64,000 bases of DNA from positions 34,800,723-34,864,722 of the forward strand of contig NC_057718.1 in assembly GCF_004010195.1 (NCBI RefSeq), written 5' to 3'. Both the position numbers and the translations under genes were made by a program. This stretch comes from Chiloscyllium plagiosum (lineage: Eukaryota). Positions 52,517 through 61,925 of the stretch are shown here, piece by piece (within the stretch, counting starts at the first letter, position 1; each line of letters starts with the position of its first letter). The notes under the pieces were generated by a model that saw only the letters and a list, made by a program, of their open reading frames with translations, was not told where the DNA came from and searched no databases.

Positions 52517-54414
52517 TTCAGGTGATTTACAACATTCTTCTACTTGAGCAAAAATCAAATGGCTCAACACAGACAAATGAGAGTCAATTTTGGACCCTTT
52601 CCCATTTAAATGACTTAAGATCACATTGACTTGACCCACTGAGCCAACTAGAACCGTGTACCGCTAACCTGTCATTTTCCACAGTGTCTCCAACAAGGTA
52701 CATTTAAAACAGATTTAAGACATGCTAATTTTGCAATATTGGTACATTTTTGTATTTGTCTACATCGTTAAAATGGTTGACAGTAGGAAAAGATTACTCA
52801 TTGGTTTTTGACATGAACAATATTTATCTTCTATAATCTAAACATGTGTTACTTAGTATAGTTGTCAAGAACATCCTGTGACATATCATTTACTGCAGTT
52901 TGTAAGCAAGCACGTAATATTTTCTGTAACACTATTATTTAACATACAAGCCCAACAACAACATGCACATATTTCTGGCCAAAGTTTAGCAAACTGAAGA
53001 CAGCAGATTGAGAAATCCAGTTCTATTTTCAATGTTATATTTATACACCGTCCATAGCTAGTTCAGCAAGTTTACTGCTGTAATGTGTAGTTTGGAAGAA
53101 AAAAATGCCCCACCAAATAATACATGAGAATACAGTTTGTGGTATCCACCACAAATGGTTGGGCAATAAATTAAGTCACTTCATTGCAGAAATTATAGAG
53201 ATAATCAAAAAGAACAGAACACTGAAAAAGTATCTTCCTGAAGACCTAAAAGTCACTTGCAAAATCACCAAGGTAAATAGTTCATATATTTCAATCTAGC
53301 AATAAGATATGTTTCGCAAAATTTCTCCATGTTGTATAAAGAAATGATTCTGGAAGCGTTAATGTTTGAGACTGCTTGAAGCAACACCTAATCTGACAAT
53401 GTCACACAGAGTTGGGTGAGGACAAGAAAAGTCTAATTGGAGATCCTGATGGAGATAAGTATGTCATTGTCTCCTGACAGCTTTAGTTATTATGTCTAAC
53501 TCGTCAATGCAACTCAAACATTTTGCTATCGTGCAGCAAACAACATCCTGTTAAGTGTTTTTTCTCATGAAGAACTTGTGGTTCATTTTCTACAACTGTT
53601 AACAATGAGGTCCTTTGGCTCAGTGTGGAAAATAGCATTGCCCTCTGGCCCAGGAGGCCTAGGTTCAAGTCCCACATTCTCCAGAGGTGTATCATAACAT
53701 GTTTGAACAGGTTGATTAGTATAATCTGGAAAAGAAGATTAGTGCCAGTACTCAAACCCAACGGCCACTAGTAGTGGTTTGTTCTGTAACATATACAATA
53801 TTGCACAGTCAAGATAACTCAGGAAGGAATGCTTAGGTTAATGACAAATTTAATATCACCATATTTCAACATAATCCTCCCAATGTGCAAGGAAATAAAT
53901 TTTTAAAAATTTACATGAAAGCAACTTGATTTAAATTAAATGGATTTAAAATCAAAATGTTCCTTACAGTTAGCAGCACCAATAAGGCAGGTAATTATTG
54001 CCCATCCCTTGTTAACCTGAGAAAATAGTGAACTTCATCCATCATTGCAGTCCTTGTGGTACTGCTGTTGTAACTACATATTCATTTCTCATCCAGCAAT
54101 GTCAAGGAAGTGGCAATATATGTATGTCCACCTCAACCTCCTTTATGACATAAAGGAGATGTTGTGCCTGGGATTCTGTAGCTTTTGCAGTTAGAATTCT
54201 ACAATACCGATAAACAAATGGCAAATGGGCATTTTATTAAACTGAATAATTTTAAATGCGTCAGAAATGCACAAAGGCCATACACTGCAGATGCTAGAAA
54301 TCTGAAATAAGTACAAAACTGGATAGGAACACCACAGCAGGTGATGCAGCATCTGTGGAGAGAACCAGAATTAATGTTCCAGGTCAATGACATGAATTTT
54401 CAACAACAATACTA

Positions 54415-54730
54415 TAGGCAGCAAGGTGGCTCAGTGTTCAGCACTGCTTCCTCAAAGCACGATGGACCCAGGTTCAACCCTAGCCTTCAGCTACTGCGTG
54501 GAGTTTGCACATTCGCCCTGGGTCTGCGTGAGTTTTCTCCCACAGTCCAAAGATGGGCAGATCAGGTGGATTGGCTCTGCTAAATTGCCCAGTGTCCAAC
54601 TTAGTGTGGGTTAGCCATGGGAAATACAGGGTTACAGAGATGGGCAGGGGGGTGAGTCTGGGTGGGATGGTCTTTAGAAAGTTGGTGTGAACTTAATGGA
54701 CTGTTTCCACATGTAGGGATTTTGTGATCT
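54415..54730 (+). mobile_element. HE1 V-SINE (old)
   Basis: Head and V-domain GTGGAGTTTGCACATTC. Confidence 0.85.
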
Positions 54731-55408
54731 TGTACATAGAATGCCCGTAAAATATTTTAAGAATGTACATTTTGCTGAAGAACTACAGGCCTGCTGTCAA
54801 CTCAAGAAGTGAATTAATTTTGCTGCATTATTTTGACATTGTGAGTGCAGTCAGGCCATAAGAATTTTTACAGCACCTGAAAATCAACAGCAATGTTTCT
54901 GAGTTTAGTACACTGCCATGATAGTTAGAATGGGATTGTTGCAGCTTGGGTAATAAATTTGAAAAATAAATATTTTGCTTTGCATTTAGCAGTGACAAAT
55001 GATGGTTGCAACATCACTTTTGCAATCCTGCCAAGAACAGAAAATCATGGTTCTCCAGTCAGTGATTGAATAAATTACACAGAGAGAATACAGTCCAGGG
55101 AAGTAAACTAGGTCTTGGCCCTCTTAAAGACAGATCAGGTCCTTCCAAAAACGATAGTTCAATGTTATGCAAGATTGTTACTTCCTCCTGACAACTTCTA
55201 AAAATAGTAATAAAAACAGGAAGTGCTTGAAACATTCACAGACATGTCTTTTTGTTTCCAGCAGGGCATATGTTTTGATGTGGCCATGTTTATGTTATGT
55301 TTCGTATCATGAGGGCATGGGTTTAATGGTATTGAAAGATCTAAGAGATGTTTATTACAGTTCACATGTATGTAGACATATTACATTCATAGGCACATAT
55401 GTGTTTAG

Positions 55409-55594
55409 CTGAGAGTGTGGTGCTGGAAAAGCACAGTAGGTCAGGCAGCATCTGAGGAGCAGGAGAATTGACATCAGGCTTATGCCTGAAAATTCGTTTC
55501 TCCAGCTCCTTGGATGCTGCCTGACCTGCTGTGCTTTTGCAACACCACACTCTCGACTCTGATCTCCAGCATCTGCAGTCCTCACTTTCTCCTA
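55409..55594. mobile_element. Fold-back Penelope-derived element (family 1)
   Basis: Inverted arms. TSD ATATGTGT(T/C)TAG at 55397-55408 and 55595-55606. Confidence 0.8.
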
Positions 55595-56884
55595 ATATGT
55601 GTCTAGGCCAACTTAACGTGATTCAGTGACAAACAGCATCATGCTTTCATCTGCATCTCAAGCTTCAAGTGGTTCAAGTTAAGAGAGAATGTGAGATGTA
55701 TACACCTTCGGACCACATACAATGATGATTGCACAAACACTTCTTTTAACTGGATCTTGACCTACTGATGGTGAGACATGACATGTCACCGTTTGTTCCA
55801 AAGGTAAGTAAAAAACCAAAACAGATAGTCATGATATTATATAGGCATGTTTTTTCAATTTCATAATTTTACAAACAGGTGAAAAAACAGTATTTACAAG
55901 CTTAACAATTCAAATTACAATATCACACTTTGTAAATTTGATATCGCATCCTGATCTGGTGATTGCGTGCCAATCTGGAGAAATACATGTTGCACTTGTT
56001 TGACAGCTTGGTTCTCTAGCTGCTGATTGTTGTCACTGAACATCATCTCTCAGTCATCATTGTCAGAGCTCTCTTCTTCAATCTGTTTGTGCATGGTTTG
56101 TCTGAGCTGACTTGTGCACTTTCGTAATGTGGTCAGCAATGATTTTGTATGATCTCAGCTGGTTGCAAAGTTTAGCAACCTTTGCTGGTGTCCAAGTATT
56201 TGTATTTAAATGCTGAGGAAGGTGCAAATGAGAAGTTTGAAGGTTGGAAATAGATTGGCTGCGCTGGAAGAAACCCATACAAAAGAGGACCTCGGGCTGT
56301 GGTGTGGGAAACAAACATAAAGGAGGTTGTTCACATTTTGTTTGCCTCTCTTTATTTTCTTTTTTGTCTCAGCACAGTCTGCATTTAATCTATTCACTCC
56401 TTCCCCAACACACACATCTTCAGAATAAATACCACCTTTTCCCAGTGACTTTCGGTTCTGATGAAGGTCACTGGCCCTGAAACATTAACTCTGTTTCTCT
56501 CTTTACAGATGCTTCCAAACCTGCTGAATTTCTCCATCACTTTCTGCTTTTGTTTGATCTAGTAGATTATTTGAGTGTGGATTTTGGGGTGATATGGGTC
56601 ACTCTCCCTAACACACATGTCCTGAAGCAGTTTGCTAGTGAACTGTGCTCTACTGTTAGACATTATTATTCCAGGACACCAAACAAACTAAAGATAATGC
56701 TCAAAATTTCAGTGGTTGCACTCATTGTGTTGCTAACTCAAATTAAACAATGGTAGTTTGGAGATATAATGCGTCAGGAATGTAATGTTCTTGATGCATT
56801 GTGAATCGGCCTGTTGCTACCTTCATGTAAAGAGTGGATGGAACATCATGTGGAGATTGACACTCCCTCATGCATTTTGGCATC

Positions 56885-58490
56885 AGATCATAAGATATAG
56901 GAGCAGAAGTAGACCATTCAGCCCATCGAGTCTGCTCCACCATTCAATGAGATCTGATAATTCTCAACGCCATTTTTCTGCCTTGTCCCTACAATCCTTG
57001 AAGTTCTGTTTATCCCGGTTTTGACTACAGCACAGACCTTACAAATCTTTCCTATTCATTATTTGTCCAAATTTCTTTTAAACATTATTAATGACCCACC
57101 TCAACCACTTCCACTGGAAGCTCATTGCATATGTGTACCACTGTCTGTGTGAAAAGGTTGCCCTCCAGGTTCCCTTTTATTCTTTCCCCTCCACCCTTAA
57201 ACTGATGCCCTCTAGTCCGCGATTCCCCAACTCTGGGAAAAAGACTGATAACAACTCAACTTTGACAGCCTTGTGCAGTAAAGCATCCCACAAATTCAAT
57301 CCCCTCTAAAAGAAATAATTCCTCCTCCTCTCTGTCATAAATGGATGATCCTGAGATTACGCCCCTCTGGACTTAGATTCTCCCAGAAAAAATAACAATT
57401 TGTCAGCCTTGTTAAGGCTATAAATAATCTTATATCTTTTAATAAGGTTGCCTCTCATTCTTCTAAACACCAATAAATATATGTCCAAGAGTGTGGCACT
57501 GGAAAAGCACAGCTGATCAGGCAGCATCTGAGGAGCAGGAGAGTCAACATTTCAAGTATAAGCTCTTCATCAGGATTGAGGGGGTGGCCTAAGGGAGCTG
57601 AGAGATAAATGGGAGGGGGTGGGGCAGGGCTGGTGGGAAGGTAGCTGGGAATGTGATAAGCAGGTGAAGGTGGGGATGAAGATGATAGGTTGGAGAGGAG
57701 GGTGAAGCAGATAGATGTAGGTTGGAGAGGGTGAAGCAGATAGATGGGAAAGAAGATGGACAGGTCAGATAGGTCAAGAGGATGGTGCTGTGTTGGAAGG
57801 TTGGATCTGGGATAAGGTGGTGGGAGGGGAAATGAGGAAATTGGTGAAATCCACATTGATCCTGTGTGGTTGCAGGGTCCCAAGATGGAAGGTGAGGCAT
57901 TCTTCCTCCAGGCAGCAGGTGGCTAGAGTTTGGCGATGGAGGAGGCCCAGGACCTGCATGTCCTTGGCAGAGTGGGAGGGGGAGTTGAAGGTTCGGCCAC
58001 AGGCCAATAGGGCTGATTAGTGCATGTGTCCCAGAGATATTCTCGGAAACGTTTGCAAGTTGGTGTCCTGTCTCCCCAGTGTAGAAGACCCCCTCATTCC
58101 TGATGAAGAGCTTATGCTTGAAACGTTGGTTCTCCTGCTCCTTGGATGCTGCCTGACTGGTTGTGCTTTTCCAACGCCACATTCTTTGACTCTGATCTCC
58201 AGCATCTGCAGGTCTCATTTTCCCCTAAGTCTATGCTAGGCCTAGTCAACCTATCCTCATAAGAAAATGCCTCCATGCTGGAATTAACCTGGTGAGCCTT
58301 CTTTGGATTGCCTCCAATGCCAATCCATCTTTCCTTAGACTGAAGACCAAAAGTGTGCTCAATTTTTTATGGATGGGCTAATTAGTGGTTTTTATGATTT
58401 TCACAAGACTTCCCTTTGAAATAAAGGCCAGAGCTCCATTTGTCTTTCCTACTGTCTGCTGAACTTGGATGCTAGCCTTTTTGTAATTCT
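56885..58490 (-). mobile_element. CR1 3' portion with nested insertions
   Basis: Tail CATAAGATATAGGAGCAGAAGTAGACCATTCAGCCC. Body resumes after 58230. Confidence 0.8.
57487..58226 (-). mobile_element. Penelope-like element with GIY-YIG fragment and inverted termini
   Basis: GVFYTGETGHQLAN and FNSPSHSAKDMQVLGLLH...LEEECLTFHLGTLQPHRINVDF. Confidence 0.9.
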
Positions 58491-58494
58491 CATA

Positions 58495-59480
58495 TGCATT
58501 CACGTGTCATTAAATATCCTGATTAATCCCTGGCCATTGCAGATTCATGTGCTAATCATTTTGTGCATTCAATACCCTTGTTTCTCTGGTGTAAACAGAT
58601 ATGATATCCTTGTGTGATGGTATTTCAGTGTTCGGACTTGATAGCCCTTGAAGATGATATTCTAAAATCATCCCTATATGACCAAAATGAACAAATATTC
58701 TCAGGTCATGCCAAGCTTAGATAATTATCTCTTGTAGTTGCCCATCATTAATAATTGCTGATTGCAACTGCTCATTCTGATTGTGATCAAAGTGTAACAG
58801 CTCCACCTCAAGAACATCTTCAACTTCAACCAATATGATTGCTTCACGTATGGTCTATTCTGCCATAGTACAGGTGAGTTGAATATCATGAATTGTGACC
58901 ATTCTGAGATCTGAACATGGTGGTAGCCTTGTCATCTACCGTGTAAGAGATTTCAGGAAGCCAACATGAGCTTGCATATAGCGACGGCAGTGTAATTCTG
59001 TCAAGGCATGGAATTAGTGATCCATTACGCACTGCGAGCATGTCTCTAATGAACAGTACCATGGGGCATCACTTGCTGAGGTACATGTCTTTCAGGAGGT
59101 TGTAGTGGTTATAAGTTGGCACTAGTTCCAGAGTTGATTTTTGCTTTTGAGATGTCTTACTTTTCCAGAACATATGATATTAATGGTAGTAAAAGTTTAT
59201 AACTGCTTCTTACTGTCGACATGATATGTAACATTAACAATATGGAATGCTTGGTCATTCTTCTGAAATTTACCTTTAGTTTTGTTGCCACTGATGTGTT
59301 TACATTTGTAAACTTCCATAAAACTTTCCTTGCTATAGTCACCTGGTTTTCATTCTAGGTCTGGCATGGCCTTGGAACCAGATTTCCTGCACATACATAC
59401 CCAATACCCTTTGGTGCCACATGCTTCACAGATGCTACTAAAAGCTGGATAGTTTGTGGGTGGGTGTGACAAAGCACAAC
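58495..59480 (-). mobile_element. Decayed Gypsy/Ty3 LTR-retrotransposon internal region: Gag zinc knuckle, protease and integrase zinc-binding region; RT and RNase H absent
   Basis: CALSHPPTNYPAFSSICEACGTKGYWVCMCR (59389-59478) and KINSGTSANL, similar to KIDTGASAN (59112-59141). Then WSYRDD..IIFKG and LHQRNKGIECTK*LAHES/WPGINQDI (58513-58595). Confidence 0.8.
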
Positions 59481-61244
59481 TGTTCCAGATTTTGTGGTTT
59501 GTTATGCTTTGCTGAGTTTCCCTTTTATTCTTCTTTTCCCCCACTTCCTCCTTTCAATTACAGAAAACCTACCACATTTCTACCATGCTTCAGTTCCAAA
59601 GAAGTGTCATATTCATCTCATAGTATTAACTCGGTTTCTTTCTCCAGAGATGCTGCCACTTTCCTTTTGGTCCCATTGATTCTTCATTCTGATGGTCCTG
59701 TATATCTCAAGAATTTGTATTTCCATAGATGACCAATAAAATTATGGCAGCCGTTGATCAGCCCTAATGTATATGTTGCGCCACCCTGTATTTATTCTGT
59801 CAAACTCTGGCCAGTTTGATGTAAGATTTCCACATTGTATACTTCTCGATTGTAAGAGCCTGCCTCAGGTTCCTATGTTCAGGGCTGAAGAATTGGAGAT
59901 ATTCTTGCTCATTTCACAATACGCTGGCTCTAAAAAGATTTGGATGCTTCCATCATATCTCAGTGACCTAAGCTGAATATAATATTGTTAAATAATTTGG
60001 AAATTGCCCAGCATCTTTTATCGTCATAAAGACATTGGCCCATTATCTTTCTGAGGATCTTCATTGGGACGATGAGCATATTAATTGTGAAATGAGAGCA
60101 AACTATGATGGTACCAAAGGTGAGAGCTGAAGAGGGTGATGACCTAAGACTCCCCCACCCAGAGTATGAGACCAGGGGTATTTTAACTTTCCCTGACTGC
60201 CTTTACTTCGCCAACACTGATACCCCCTCTCAAAGCTGGCAGGCATTATTTGATACAGATGGTAAAATTAGAAATACATGAGGTTGGAAGGCAGGCCACC
60301 AAGAAAACGGAAGGGGATTGAAAAGGGTGATGAGACATTTATAAAATTCAGGAAGGTGGGAAAGCTCTGTGGAGTTGGGAGCAGCAATTTTGCTTCTTCT
60401 TACTTAAAGGGACCCTTGAGCAAAGCAGAAGTACCAAGAGTACTCACCTCTTGGGTAAACTACTAGCTGCTGCTAGTGACTGGTCTGAAATTGTACTGGA
60501 CATTAACAGGGTGTGATTTTGGCATTTTAGTTAAGACCTTGGTCCCCTGATTGCAGATAAAGTTAAGGAGCAGGAGGGGGGCATTTTAATGTCCTGTGAA
60601 TGGTCCTGATGAGAATAGGTGTATTAATATTCCCCTTGTACATGGGAGTTAATCCAGCACTTGCAAAAGTTTTTGGCACAATGATTTAATAGATTCTCAT
60701 GATTGAGGTCAGTCTCAGATCTCTTCCATTATCATTGCAGCAGCAATTTGATTTAAAACTAAATCATGGGCTGGATTTTATGTCCTTAGACAGCAGGTTC
60801 TCCAATGGGGCAAGGAGAGTAAATGTATGGCATGCTGTGCCCAGGACCTATTCTCTTCCATCGTGATTTTCCAGCGCAGGATAACCGCCAGAAGATCTGC
60901 CTATCTATCTGCCAGCGGCCATTCAATGGACATTTATGGGTCTCATCCCACCAATCAGCAGCCAGAGAGGTTCCACGTGTACCTGGACAGCTTCCACTGC
61001 ACAGGCTGGTGACGGACAAGGGCATTTTTCCCTTAACAGGCCCTTTAAACTCATTGGGAGCATTGCTCCCAGACTTCCCTCTGGTCCAGTCTCTTTCTGA
61101 GTATACCTTCCTGCAGAAGCAGCAGTGATGCTGTTGCTGATACTGGAGATACTGGTGACCTTCCCATGCTAGTCCTGCTAGATCATGGTTAGGTGGAAGG
61201 TCAACCATTTACATTGGATTAGGTAGGCACAAGGACTATTATGG

Positions 61245-61384
61245 TAAAAACAAGGACTGCAGATGCTGGAAGCCAGAGTCTAGATTAGAGTGGTGCTGGA
61301 AAAGCACAGCAGGTCAGGCAGCATCCGAGGAACAGGAAAATCGACGTTTCAGGAAAAAGCCCTTCATCAGGAATAGAGCTGTAT
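61245..61384. mobile_element. Penelope terminal fragment inserted in the viral helicase region
   Basis: TSD GGACT(A/G)TTATGG at 61233-61244 and 61385-61396. Carries a hammerhead-like core on the minus strand. Confidence 0.85.
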
Positions 61385-61509
61385 GGACTGTTATGGGCAC
61401 ATCTTAGCCCTTATCTGTCCCAAAAAGCCATCAAATCCAACCTATACCTATCATTACAGGGCCATTTATCTGTTTGTCCAGCAACCTGGTGGATACTCAT
61501 TTAAAACTA

Positions 61510-61858
61510 AAGGAGCTTACTTTTATATAGCTACAATATATGCCAAAATATTTCATAGCAAAGCTATAACATTTTCGAGCTATAGTCACTGTTGTAATGA
61601 GGGACAGCCAATTGGCACACAGAAAGGCCACAGACAGACAACTGTTCAATAAGTGAATGGTTAATCAGTTTTATTGATGTTGACAAAGGGCTCAGAGTTG
61701 GTAGGATACTGGGACAACTTCCCTACTCATCTTACTGCCATGGGACCTTTAATGTTCACCTGAGAAGACAGACACATATAGTGACTTGTTTTAGTAACCT
61801 GAAAGATGACAGAGGCAACAAGTTAGCACTCCCTCCTTACTGCTTTAATATGCTAATC
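61510..61858 (-). mobile_element. Ancient Deu-type SINE within the viral element region
   Basis: TAGTCACTGTTGTAATG..GCCAATT.GCACACAG, TGCCATGGGA.CTTT.A..T.CACCTGAG and GCACTCCCTC blocks. Confidence 0.6.
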
Positions 61859-61870
61859 TAGATCCCATGT

Positions 61871-61925
61871 TCTGGATTAGTGGTGCTGGAAGAGCACAGC
61901 AGTTCAGGCAGCATCTGAGGAGCAG
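61871..61925. mobile_element. Short Penelope fragment with 10-bp TSD
   Basis: GATCCCATGT at 61861-61870 and 61926-61935. Confidence 0.8.

Noticed and set aside
56078..56314. WTPAKVAKLC as a THAP-domain fragment
   Set aside because: No HF motif or N-terminal CxxxC, so too weak.
60560..60760. Plus-strand peptide TWELIQHLQKFLAQ*FN with spacing like a Mononegavirales L-protein motif
   Set aside because: It lacks the conserved Asp and has no supporting neighbouring motifs. It is antisense to the better supported helicase.
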